Shown here: piece by piece, positions 36,401 to 46,800 of the stretch
Layout: the number at the start of each line of letters is the position of its first letter
Numbering within the stretch: position 1 is the first letter of the stretch
DNA from: Bacillota bacterium
GTDB taxonomy: Bacteria > Bacillota > Clostridia > Lachnospirales > Anaerotignaceae
DNA length: 64,000 nucleotides
Assembly: GCA_017534115.1 (NCBI GenBank)
Contig: JAFWDD010000065.1
Span: 2,142 to 66,141, forward strand
Direction of reading: 5' to 3'
Notes under the pieces: model-generated
Database searches by the model: none
Told to the model about the DNA's origin: nothing
The model's input: the letters and a program-made list of their open reading frames with translations, nothing else
Translations under genes and position numbers: made by a program

Positions 36401-37170
36401 CAAATATAATATGAAAAAATCATTAGCTTTTGTTTTTATTCTTCTGAAGGTGATTCTTCCGCAATAGCTTTTATATCCTCCAGAGCCTTTTTCGTGACGG
36501 TCACTGTCTTATTCACTCCGTCCCAGATGATGTGATCATCGGAAACGTTGAACGCGTTGAACAATGCTCTCATGGGAAGATAAATTCTGTCGTTTCTGAT
36601 TACGGGAGCTGTATCAATTTCGATCTCTTCATCGCCGATTTTGATGATATTCGAGCCGACTGTGCAGGAAACGACCTTTCCGTCAGGTCTTGTGAAGGAC
36701 GCTGTCTTTGTTTCGTTATCCCAAGCGATGTCAGCGTCGGAAATTCCCAGAGCGTTTGCCACTACCCTTACGGGAAGCATTGTTCTGTCGTTCTCATCGA
36801 TGAAAGGCTCCGCATCCATTTCCATATCTGCGCCATTAAGCTGATATTTTGTATCGCCAATAGTAATTAACATCAAAGGCACGTCTTCAGTATTTTCATT
36901 ATTTCCGTTCTGAGGGATTTCTTCCCAGCCTGCGTAAACAGTCATGGAGCTGTTCATCTGAACGCTTGTTACCTTCTTTGTAAGCTCCTTGTCTGAGTAC
37001 CAGCCTGTAAATGTGTACCCTTCACGGGCGGGCGTCTTGTCGAGAGATACTTTCGCGCCTGAGCTGTAGCTTTCAGCCTTTATCTCTGAGCCGCCGTTTG
37101 TCTCGTAGGTAAGAGTGAATTTTGCCGCGGATGAGCTTCCGCCGCCTCCTCCGCCGCCTCCGGACGAGCT
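36369..37170 (-). repeat. Shared ~0.8-kb 3' cassette, copy 1 (poly-Gly through stop and terminator)
   Basis: It aligns with 43102-43895. The encoded tails are roughly 85-90% identical by eye, and similarity continues about 60 bp past the stop codon. Confidence 0.85.
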
Positions 37171-40100
37171 TGTTTTCCTGAACGTTACTGTTACTGTTAC
37201 ATGAGCGTCGGGCATTGTGAAGAACTTATCTTCTGTAATATTTTCTACAACCTCTTCGCCTTCCGCTCCAGCTTCCATACCTTCAAGATGCATTAATCCA
37301 TCGCCGTTCGCTCCGGATTCCGTGCCTTCGGGATTCGTTATTTCATCGCCGTTTGCTCCGTTAACCGTGCCTTCGGGATTTGTTATTTCATCGCCGTTCG
37401 CTCCGGATTCAGTGCCTTCGGGATTTGTTATTTCATCGCCGTTTGTTCCGTTCACAGTGCCTTCGGGATTTTCCTCAGGATTTTCCTCGGGCTTTTCTTC
37501 TTCGGGCTTTTCTTCTTCGGGTTTTTCTTCTTCAGCGGGCGCTTTGTATGAAACCTCAATCTTCGTCAATTCATAACCCTTGTTCGGTGCTACTGTAACT
37601 GTTACCTTATCACCGGCTTTTGCCTTGCCGGAAGGTGATGTTGCCGCTGTTCCGCCTTTGCCCGCTTCAACCGTGATTCTATACTCGTTATCCGCAAGCT
37701 CGAGTTCTACCGTGATTGCTACTTTGCCGTCTTCATCCGGTTTGCCGACATTTGTTACTTTCCATGTGTTTCCGTCCGCGTCTTTGAATTCGGTAATTTC
37801 ACCGCTTGCGATTTTTTCAATGTCTTCTTCGTTGGCAGGTTTTACGGGTGTTCCGTCTTCTGTCGCAATTGTATAAGGAGAATCATCCTCGCCGGCTTCA
37901 TAAACAGCAGTCATTGTTGCCATAACCGCTTCTTCCATATTACCATTCTTTTCTTTGCTCTGGATGATTTCAATTGTGTATGTATCGGATTTAAGTTTTG
38001 TATCGCCAAGTTCGACTATTCCGTCACTTCCGATATCCAGTCCGCTCACGACTGCTTCTCCCTCACTTGATTTGATTGTTGCTGAGAAATAGTTTGTAGG
38101 GCTTTCTTCCGCTGTAACAGACGCTTTGTCTAAATCCTCCTCCGAAAGATTCTTAATCTGAAGCTCCGGCACTTCTGTGAATTCAGCTTCGGGATATTCA
38201 GGAACTTCTATACTTGTTGCAATTGTATAGTTCTTGTAGGCGCCCTCAGCGTCCTTTGTGAAGTACTTAATCTGAGTAATTGTCTGACCTTCAAGGTCTT
38301 CGTACATATCATTATTTGGAGTGAGAGCTCCCTCTTTGATAGTTTCCGTATGTCCTGTGCAGAACGCGAGCTCTTTGCCCTTCCAGATGTTTTCAAGATG
38401 ACGCATTGCGTATGTTCCGGATTCTGTTGTGAGGATTACTCCGTAAACAGTTCCGCCTGAAATCGCGGATACATTGTCTCCGCTTAATTTGATTTCATAA
38501 TCGCCTCTCTTTGTAAGAGCCGAAATGGATGCCTCTAATTCCAAAGCCGACGCTCTTCCGCTTGCCGCGCCGTATTCACCATTGGAAAGCTTCTTATAGG
38601 AAGCGGGTTTTTCAGCAAGCTCAACATAAGCTCCGTCTCCTGCCGCGAATAATGCCTCTTCAGGTGTCTGTCCCTCTGCGGGAGTAATTATCTTGTCTGC
38701 GTCAAGGGCTGCCGCGTCCTCGGCGAGAACAGGGTACATAACGCCGAGAATGTCTGTACTTTCGTAGGTTTCATCCTCTGCGGCGTGGTATGATCCTCCC
38801 ACAAGGTTTGCCTTATAAGCTTTCTGCGTTGCGCTGGTTACCGCGTCTACTCCTTCAACTTCTTCGCCTTTATAGAAGTCAGCGTAAGGAATGTTCATAA
38901 GGACATAACCCTGCTGTTCAACCGGCGCTCCTTCCATGCTGATAGCGCCAATTACACTGCTTTCATTACCGTACATATCCGGTACTGCTGTATCAAGTGT
39001 AATAATAGGACTATTAACCGCATCCTGTACGGGAACGCCCTGATCAGTAATCCATGAAGAATATGAATTGAATTTGTCATCAATTTTATCAGTATCTGCC
39101 GTTGTAAGTCCGGACTGTACGCCAATAAGGTTGTTTCCGCCGCTTGGCTGTTCTTTTTCAAGCTTCAAATCGAATGCTGTATCGTAGTTGCGCATGCCAT
39201 TTCCAACAATAATACTGTTGGAAATCTGCGCATTCACATTTTTGCCTGTGTTCACGCCTCCGGCAATTCCGGTGGGCGCGGCAGATTTCGCTCCGCGGGT
39301 AATTGCGGATTGTCCGGAAAGATTATGCAGAATTGTAACATGATCCATCGTCAATATGCCTTTGGAAGGCGCAAAACGTATTGCTCCTGCCGCTCCGGCA
39401 TTGCCGGTGATTACGCAATTACTCAGGAACAGGTCAGCCGCCATACCGCTGCATTCCACAACAGCTCCGCCGTTAGCGTTTACCATTCCGGAAACACGCA
39501 AATTCTTCAATGTCAGAGACCCTCCGGCCAGCTGGATAAACGCGCTTTGTCCGTTTCCGTCAATATCCTTGCCCTGTCCGTCAATTGTCAGGTTTTTGTT
39601 TATAGTAACCGGTCCCTGATCATCCATTTCGATATTGTCTGTCAGCTTCAATGTGTCTCCGGCAGAAGCCGCACTTACCGCGTCACGAAGCTGGTCAATG
39701 TTGTTGATTCCCACCTGAATGGGCACCTCAGCTGTTAATCCTGAATAGGATATCGTCACGGAAGTATCCGTCTTTTTCAAGCCTTCCGCGGGCTCTACGG
39801 TATAATCTGTTACTGCCACAGTGGTACCATCGTTGTTAGTCGCTGTAACTACCATACCTGTTGAGTCAAATAACTCGCCCTCATTGTATTTCGTTTTTGT
39901 GGGAGGTTTAGTCACAACAATGCTGACAGGAGTCAGAGGCTCAACCGTAATTGCCTGTGCTGCCGTCTTATCTTCAAATGTAACTGTTACTTCCGTATCT
40001 TCCGCTGTAAGAGTAGTCTTATCAACGGAATAACTCGTTACAGGATAACTAACGACCTCTTCTCCATTCTGATAAACCGCCTCTACAATCATTCCTGTGC

Positions 40101-42468
40101 GGTCAAATTTCTGTCCTGCGATGTAATCCGTTTTGTCAGGAGGATTTGTAATCTTTATTTCCTTTAATACCAGTTCGCCTACACTGACATTAATCGGATG
40201 GTGCTCTGAAATGGCGTAAATCGAAAGAGTACGCTTTTCGTCATCATTTGCAGCGGAGGACATATCTCCGTTTTTTCCATTAATATATGTATCTGTCAGG
40301 TTAGTATTATACGCCACAACAAAGTATACACGTTTTCCGACTGCGGATGTGGACGGAGTATAGCTGTTCTCATTTGCTCCGTCTATTTTTACAGTAGCAG
40401 AAGATACCGTGTCAACCAAATCGATATAATACCATTCATAGCTCAGCTCTCCATTATCGCTGACAGAAGCGTTAATCGAAAGCTCCTTTGCTGTATCTCC
40501 TATAATGTATTCCTCTGTATCCGGGGAAAGATTCTGTCTGAGAACAGGTGTGGCTGCGTCTGCCGCCGCGGTTTCCACAGCGCCAGCGTCAGAGGCCTTT
40601 CCCTGAGGTCTGTCGTTTCCGTAAATATCGGTTGTCAATGTACCGGAGCTTTTTTCGTCCTCGCACAAATCTACTGCGGGATTCTCCGCTCCGAAAGGAG
40701 GATAATACAGATTGCCCGTACTTTCCATCCAAAGGCTGTAATCGCTGTACTGTTCTCCTGTTTTGCTGTTGGAAACAGGCAGATTGGTATCTCCGATAAC
40801 ATCATAGGAACATGTAAATGATGACGTGCTACTGGAATATCTTAAATCTCTCGCAGCTTCGTTATATCCGGTATTTCCCACGATTATACTGTGCTTAATT
40901 CCGCCTTTATTGCTTTTATTCAAATATATTGCACTGTAGTTGGAACTGCTGTATGGCGCTTTATTATCGATTACAGTACAATGATCCATATTCAGAGTAC
41001 AGCCTTCATACATATAAACTGTCCCATGATATCCGGAATTATTGCGCAAAATGCAGTTATTCATATTTATCGTTACATAATTTTTACCGGAAGTTTCAAC
41101 AACGGAAGCGCTGCTGTCAGATTTAACCATGCCGGCAACAATAAGATTCTTCATGGTAAGAGTAACCGTACTGGACGATGAACCTGTAATCTTCAAAAAG
41201 GCATATTTGCCAGCTCCGTCAATTGTATGTCCTTTACCATCTATAGTCAGAGATTTTCCACTGATTCCAAACAGTGTGTTTTCATTTCCCCAGCCGCTGT
41301 CCAACGTGATATCATCATCAAGAATGAGTATATCTCCTGTCTTTGCGCCGTTAATGGCAGCCTTGAGCGATGCAGCGGAATCAATAGCCGTCTTATCACC
41401 GACCGTAATAGGCTGTTCGGCAGTCTGTCCGCCATAAGATACTGTAATAGCTGTATCGGTCTTTGACAGCTCTCCGGCAGGTTCGTATGTATAAGTCCTG
41501 ATCACTCGTGAACTGCTATCCTCATAATTTGCAGTAACTACCATACCGGATTTGTCAAAAGTCTGACCCTCTACGTAACTGGTAGTAGAAGGCGGCGTTG
41601 TAATAGCGATTGATGCTACATTGCCCTCTTCGAAGTATTCCACAGCTCCGATATCAGACGCATTTCCCACAGGACGGTTTGTTCCATATATATCTGTCAC
41701 AGGAACACTGAAACCGGAAGGAATCTTATCAATGGCAGGATTGCTGTCCGTTTTTATAAGATCTCCTTCTCCGGTCAACCACGCGGAATAACTGCTGAGT
41801 CCGGAATCAATTACAGTGGTCTCCGCGGAAAAAGCCGAAGGCTTGCTGCTGGCTGTACCAATAAGGTTATAACCACCGTCTGTCACAGAAGATGAGCTGC
41901 TCTTGAATTTCACATCCGTACCCTCATTACCTGCAATAATACTGCCTGTAATGGAGCCGCTGCCAACCTCGATTCCGTTCTTGTTGTCAATTACCGTGCA
42001 GTTTGTCATGTTCAAAGGATAACTGCTGCAATAGATTACCCCGCTGGAAGAGCTGTAACTGTCTTTACAGTTATAAATGATACAGTTTTCCAGATTGGCG
42101 CCTCCGCCACTGTATGCGTAAACTACACAGCCCTTCTTCTTGTCTGTACGGGTCGCGTTGGTGATAATCGTATTTTTAAGGGTCAGCGTTCCGCCCTTGG
42201 TAACAAAAAGGCCTCGACCGTTACCATTGATAGTATGGCCCGCGCCATCCACTGTTACTTTGTGGTTGACCTGAAGGGACGCGCTGGATGTGGCGTCAAT
42301 ATCTCCGCCGAGAGTAATCTCGCTGTAGCTGCTGTTTTTCACAGCGCTGACAAGTTCACTCCAATTGCTGACCGTTACGCTTTCCGCCGCGAAAGCGGGA
42401 AATGCCATGGCGGGAACAAGGCCGATTATCATAACCGCCGCCACTAAAAATGCCGCAATTTTTTTCAT
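36436..42468 (-). CDS. Giant secreted surface protein (2010 aa): three beta-helix modules, Ig-like repeats, acidic tandem repeats, Listeria-Bacteroides repeat, copper-amine-oxidase-N 'stalk' domain
   Basis: Signal peptide MKKIAAFLVAAVMIIGLVPAMAFPAFA. Repeated beta-helix modules (TLKNTIITN..., NCIIYN..., TVIDN...). Ig-like units (TTPPSTTSYVEGQTFDKSGMVV...). A poly-Gly run. FTLTYETNGGS...GYTFTGWY. The C-terminal GDTKYQLNGADMEMDAEPFIDENDRTMLPVRVVANALG... is CuAO_N-like. Confidence 0.85.
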   Translation of the reverse strand: MKKIAAFLVAAVMIIGLVPAMAFPAFAAESVTVSNWSELVSAVKNSSYSEITLGGDIDATSSASLQVNHKVTVDGAGHTINGNGRGLFVTKGGTLTLKNTIITNATRTDKKKGCVVYAYSGGGANLENCIIYNCKDSYSSSSGVIYCSSYPLNMTNCTVIDNKNGIEVGSGSITGSIIAGNEGTDVKFKSSSSSVTDGGYNLIGTASSKPSAFSAETTVIDSGLSSYSAWLTGEGDLIKTDSNPAIDKIPSGFSVPVTDIYGTNRPVGNASDIGAVEYFEEGNVASIAITTPPSTTSYVEGQTFDKSGMVVTANYEDSSSRVIRTYTYEPAGELSKTDTAITVSYGGQTAEQPITVGDKTAIDSAASLKAAINGAKTGDILILDDDITLDSGWGNENTLFGISGKSLTIDGKGHTIDGAGKYAFLKITGSSSSTVTLTMKNLIVAGMVKSDSSASVVETSGKNYVTINMNNCILRNNSGYHGTVYMYEGCTLNMDHCTVIDNKAPYSSSNYSAIYLNKSNKGGIKHSIIVGNTGYNEAARDLRYSSSTSSFTCSYDVIGDTNLPVSNSKTGEQYSDYSLWMESTGNLYYPPFGAENPAVDLCEDEKSSGTLTTDIYGNDRPQGKASDAGAVETAAADAATPVLRQNLSPDTEEYIIGDTAKELSINASVSDNGELSYEWYYIDLVDTVSSATVKIDGANENSYTPSTSAVGKRVYFVVAYNTNLTDTYINGKNGDMSSAANDDEKRTLSIYAISEHHPINVSVGELVLKEIKITNPPDKTDYIAGQKFDRTGMIVEAVYQNGEEVVSYPVTSYSVDKTTLTAEDTEVTVTFEDKTAAQAITVEPLTPVSIVVTKPPTKTKYNEGELFDSTGMVVTATNNDGTTVAVTDYTVEPAEGLKKTDTSVTISYSGLTAEVPIQVGINNIDQLRDAVSAASAGDTLKLTDNIEMDDQGPVTINKNLTIDGQGKDIDGNGQSAFIQLAGGSLTLKNLRVSGMVNANGGAVVECSGMAADLFLSNCVITGNAGAAGAIRFAPSKGILTMDHVTILHNLSGQSAITRGAKSAAPTGIAGGVNTGKNVNAQISNSIIVGNGMRNYDTAFDLKLEKEQPSGGNNLIGVQSGLTTADTDKIDDKFNSYSSWITDQGVPVQDAVNSPIITLDTAVPDMYGNESSVIGAISMEGAPVEQQGYVLMNIPYADFYKGEEVEGVDAVTSATQKAYKANLVGGSYHAAEDETYESTDILGVMYPVLAEDAAALDADKIITPAEGQTPEEALFAAGDGAYVELAEKPASYKKLSNGEYGAASGRASALELEASISALTKRGDYEIKLSGDNVSAISGGTVYGVILTTESGTYAMRHLENIWKGKELAFCTGHTETIKEGALTPNNDMYEDLEGQTITQIKYFTKDAEGAYKNYTIATSIEVPEYPEAEFTEVPELQIKNLSEEDLDKASVTAEESPTNYFSATIKSSEGEAVVSGLDIGSDGIVELGDTKLKSDTYTIEIIQSKEKNGNMEEAVMATMTAVYEAGEDDSPYTIATEDGTPVKPANEEDIEKIASGEITEFKDADGNTWKVTNVGKPDEDGKVAITVELELADNEYRITVEAGKGGTAATSPSGKAKAGDKVTVTVAPNKGYELTKIEVSYKAPAEEEKPEEEKPEEEKPEENPEENPEGTVNGTNGDEITNPEGTESGANGDEITNPEGTVNGANGDEITNPEGTESGANGDGLMHLEGMEAGAEGEEVVENITEDKFFTMPDAHVTVTVTFRKTSSSGGGGGGGGSSSAAKFTLTYETNGGSEIKAESYSSGAKVSLDKTPAREGYTFTGWYSDKELTKKVTSVQMNSSMTVYAGWEEIPQNGNNENTEDVPLMLITIGDTKYQLNGADMEMDAEPFIDENDRTMLPVRVVANALGISDADIAWDNETKTASFTRPDGKVVSCTVGSNIIKIGDEEIEIDTAPVIRNDRIYLPMRALFNAFNVSDDHIIWDGVNKTVTVTKKALEDIKAIAEESPSEE
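37299..37535 (-). repeat. In-frame tandem repeats: 3.8 copies of a 45-bp unit, then short 15-bp-type units
   Basis: Units at 37299-37343, 37344-37388, 37389-37433 and a partial unit at 37434-37470 encode NGDEITNPEGT(E/V)(S/N)GA. The region 37471-37535 encodes PEEN/EEKPE repeats. Confidence 0.9.
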
Positions 42469-42616
42469 AGATTATCATATCCTTTCTGTAGTTTATTTGT
42501 AAAAGTTATAAATCGGTTCAGACAATATGAAAACTAATTAAAAACTTGCGCTTTTCATTCTCCGTTAAAATCTGTGTACCTCCCGCGTTGGGGAATCGGA
42601 CTATTTGTCCGGCACT

Positions 42617-42632
42617 GTTAGACAAAACTAAC
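42617..42632. promoter_or_regulatory. Palindrome GTTAG-N6-CTAAC (candidate operator), gene 1 proximal
   Basis: GTTAGACAAAACTAAC lies about 150 bp upstream of start codon 42468. Confidence 0.5.
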
Positions 42633-42713
42633 CCCAGAGCGCTTTTTACCGCTAACTCCGGTTTTTGTGCTGTATTTTCTTTCCCATCTCCTCTCGCTCA
42701 AACGAAACTATAT

Positions 42714-42729
42714 GTTAGGTACAGCTAAC
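42714..42729. promoter_or_regulatory. Palindrome GTTAG-N6-CTAAC (candidate operator), gene 1 distal
   Basis: GTTAGGTACAGCTAAC lies about 246 bp upstream of the start codon. Confidence 0.5.
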
Positions 42730-43101
42730 TGAAGCCCTTCAAAAAAGCTGTTTGCCAGTCCACCGTAAATTTCGTTCAAAATTGGTTTATATATTTTTTG
42801 TTTTTAATATGAGAACAAAACAATTATATCACAAAACGCACTGAATATCAATGTTAATCAGTAAAAACAAATATCCCGAAAGGGCAAAGGTTTCGTCTTT
42901 TCAGAACATTTTAAAAACAAACCGATTGCCGGATTTTTATCCTATACTTATATTGTTTTGATTCCCAAATGTCTTTTTATTCCCGTATGTTTTCAGGATT
43001 TAATATCCGAATAGATATTTCTTCAAAAAACGCTTCAAAAAGCCGGCGTTATAATTTCATTTCACCAAAAGGACAGAGGAATGCCATCTAAATTTGACCA
43101 C

Positions 43102-43135
43102 AAAAAAAGCCGGCCCGGAATATATCCGAACCGAC
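43102..43135 (-). terminator. Rho-independent terminator of surface-protein gene 2
   Basis: Minus strand: GUCGGUUCGGA-loop-UUCCGGGCCGGC, then UUUUUUU. Confidence 0.7.
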
Positions 43136-43895
43136 TAAATATAATATGAAAAAATTATTAGCTTTTGTTTTTTAAGCCTCCAAAGAAGATTCTTCAGCAA
43201 GAGCTTTAATATCCTCCAAAGCTTCTTTTGTCACGGTTACCGTCTTTGTCTCGCCGTCCCAGAGAATATGCTCATCAGAAACATTGAATGCGTTGAACAG
43301 CGCTCTCATGGGCAGGAAAATTCTGTCGTTTACGATTACGGGAGCTGTGTCGATTTCGATCTCCTCATCGCCGATTCTGATGATATTCGAGCCGACTGTG
43401 CAGGAAACGACTTTCCCGTCAGGTCTTGTGAAGGACGCTGTCTTTGTTTCGTTATCCCAAGCGATGTCATCGTCGGAAATTCCCAAAGCATTTGCAACGA
43501 CTCTTACGGGAAGCATGGTTCTGTCATTATCATCGATGAAAGGAGCGGAATCCATTTCCATATCTGCGCCGTTAAGCTGATATTTTGTATCGCCAATTCT
43601 AATTACCATTAAAGGCGTGTTTTCATCGGATTTTACGGGCTGTTCGCCGTCGGACCAACCTGCGTAGACTGTCTTGGAGCTGTTCATCTGAACGCTTGTT
43701 ATCTTGTTTGTAAGTTCTTTATCCAAATACCAGCCTGTAAAGGTATAGCCTTCGCGGACAGGAGTTTTGTCGAGAGTTACTTGCGTATCTGAGCTGTAGC
43801 TTTCCGCCTTGATTTCGGAACCGCCGTTTGTCTCGTATGTAAGAGTGAATCTGGAAACGGCTGAGCTTCCGCCACCGCCGCCTCCGCCGGAAGGA
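43102..43895 (-). repeat. Shared ~0.8-kb 3' cassette, copy 2
   Basis: See 36369-37170. Confidence 0.85.
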
Positions 43896-46800
43896 GTTTT
43901 TGCTTTCATATATACATCATTATTCTGAAGCGACGCTGTATATCCCAAATCGCTTCCATAGCGGGAAACGTCATCTTTTGTAATTGTATATCCGCCGCCT
44001 TCAACGACCTTTCCGCTGCCGTTTATAAATACTCTGGCATCATCTGTGAATGCTCCCGTTTGAAAAGCAGGCTTCGTTGTATATTCAGATGTGCTTTCAT
44101 CAACGTCCATTACACAGAGGTTGCTTAATCTTCCATTACTGTTTTTATTGTCTGTTATATGAACACTTCCACTTAAATTCACTTTGGAAATAGCATGTAT
44201 TCCCGCATTATCCAAAGCAGTGTTGTCTTTTACTGTTCCTCCGGAAATATCAAGAGAACCTCCCCAGAGGAAAATTCCTCCGCCATAGTACTCGCTGGAT
44301 GTATTCTTTTCAATGGTTCCGCCGCTCATTGTCATTGCCGCGTTTGTGCCTTCTCCGAAAAGATGGACTCCTCCGCCTCCGCCTCTGACTGAGTTTTCGC
44401 TGATGGTTCCTCCTGTAATATTGAGGGTTCCTTCGGTTTCTATTCCGCCGCCGCTGAAAGCTTCGCATTTGGAAATCGTTCCGCCGGATACTGTAAATTC
44501 CGCTCCGGAAGCATTGAATACACCGCCGCCTCCGCTTCTTGAAGTTGTTTTGCAGTTTTCAATAGTTCCGCCGCTCATAACGGCTTTACCGCTGTTGTTT
44601 ACGGCTCCGCCTGCGGCAACCGCTGAGTTGTTCTTAAGAACAGCTCCTTCAGATATGTTTAATGATGCGCCTTTTTCAACTTTAACAATAGAACCGTTGG
44701 CTGTTATTCCTTCTTCGCTTCCTCCGTCGATCGTTATGTTTTTAAGTTCAAGTTCTCCGCCGGATACAGCGAACATATCTCCAAGGAAGCTGAAATATCT
44801 TGCTATGACCGCATTTTCCCCGTCTACTGTTACACTGCTCTCTATCGGGATGCTGTTCACAAGGTATATCTTGCCGCCATCTGATGCGTTTGCCAGATCC
44901 ATCGCTTTATCAAGGGTCTTTACGGCTTTAGCGATCTCACTTCCGTCGTATTCATCATTTCCTGCGGAAGGATCAAGATAAACTGCTCCCGCATCAGCCT
45001 CGGCTGTTAAATTAATATTAATATTGTTATCGGCAAGCTCCAGTTTATACTTTCCGCTTTCGTCGTCAAGATTTAGTTTTGCCATGTCATCTTCTGTAGG
45101 CGCATAGCTTACCATAGGGCCCCAGACAGGATGATTCCATGAATCCGGACGCATAATGTTAGCCGGCTTTACATAGCTGTCGACGCCAATATCAGAGCCA
45201 TCGGAAAATGCGCCTGTAACTGTTGCATATTTGCCTGACGCAAACACCATGTTGCTGGGTGTTTCTTTTCCGCCTGCCTTGACAACATTTCCGTTTACAA
45301 TAATTCTGCCTTTTATATTCATGGTGCCGTTATTGAGAATTCCTCCAGCGTTGTATCCCGCTGTATTGCCGGTTATTTCGGCTCCGTTCAATGTAAGTAT
45401 TACTCCGTTATATATGCCTCCGGCATATCCTACGCTTTCATTATTCTTTATAACCACTCCGTTTACAGCTGCCTGTCCGTCTCCATATATATAAAGGCCG
45501 CCGCCGTTATGATTTGCCGCTATGGCATTCTGAAGCACAACACCTTCATTTATGGTAAGAGAACCTTTCTTGACTGTCACAAGGCCTGTGACCGCCTCTA
45601 TATCAGCTCCGTCTATGGTCATATTGTTTAAAGTAAGATCAGCTGAATCTCCGTTTACCTCAATAAGCGGTCCGTTAATATAATCATGGCCGTGTTCATC
45701 GCCGGGCTCTTCCCCAATATATGAGGAATGTCTTTCTATTCTGGCGTTTCCTCTGTCGGAAAGATTCCAGTTTTCCCTGCTTGTAACAGTGACCATATCC
45801 GTAATGTATATTACGCCGTCATCTGCCAGAAGAGCTTTTGCCTGACCAAATGATTTTACCGCAGTTTCCGCTGTTTTTCCGTCATTTGAATTGCTTCCGT
45901 CTATTCCGTTCATATATACTTCAGCCAGCTGTTCCTCTGCGGTAGCTATTCTTAAAATCACCTGATTTTTTTCGCTATCAAGGTATGTTTCCATCATAGG
46001 ATCGTCTGCAAAGAACGCAGCTGCGTCACTTTCTGTCAGCGTATATGAGCCTGTGCCCAATGCGGCAACTGTTCCGTCTATACCGGTCACTCCTACAGCC
46101 TTTGAGCCGCTGAGAGCAGATACGATCTCAATGTCTCCGTCAAGTTCTATGTTATTATTTTCTCCGGATGTGTTCGTGTTGTCTTTAACCACTGCTCCGT
46201 TTCCAAATTTCAGAGCTGTCATGACCGATCCGCCGATTCCTCCGCCGCTTGAAGCAGAGTTTTCGGTTATTGAACCGCCTGTGAAGCTTCCTGTACCTCC
46301 CCAGCCGGTTCCCCAGAATCCCACTCCTCCGCCGGTCTCAGCAGTGTTTCCTGTTATCTCTCCGCCGGATACATTGATTTCTCCGAACCATGTATATGCT
46401 CCGCCGCCGCTTGATGCCTGATTGTTTCTGATCTCGCCGCCGGAGAAATTCAAACAAGGCGTTGTATTGTCTCTGAAGGTTATTTTTTCAACAGCAATTC
46501 CGCCGCCTTCATTGGCGCTGTTTCCATATATGCTTCCGCCCGTCATATTTACATCGCCTACGGCAAAAACTCCGCCGCCGGTGCCATACTGCGCCATATT
46601 CTTATTGTTTCTGATGACTGTTCCATCACCAATATTAAGAATTCCGCCGTCATTAACCTTAACGGCCGCACTCTGGGCAGATATTTCTCCTCCATCAATT
46701 ATGATATCCGAAAGACTGAGCTCACCGCCGTCTCCTACTTCAACAAGGCTTCCTGTATATGCAGGACCTCTTTCCAGATATACGGCTCCATCAGTATCTA

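Noticed and set aside
27540-37535. CRISPR array
   Set aside because: The only regularly spaced repeats (TPR units at 27540-27930 and 45-bp units at 37299-37470) are in-frame coding repeats without unique spacers. No cas genes were seen.
38700-38900. Second FMN_bind domain in surface-protein gene 1 (…GVDAVTSATQKAY…)
   Set aside because: It lacks the SGAT glycine and the surrounding DGxYxG/GFGG pattern. The resemblance is limited to a few residues.
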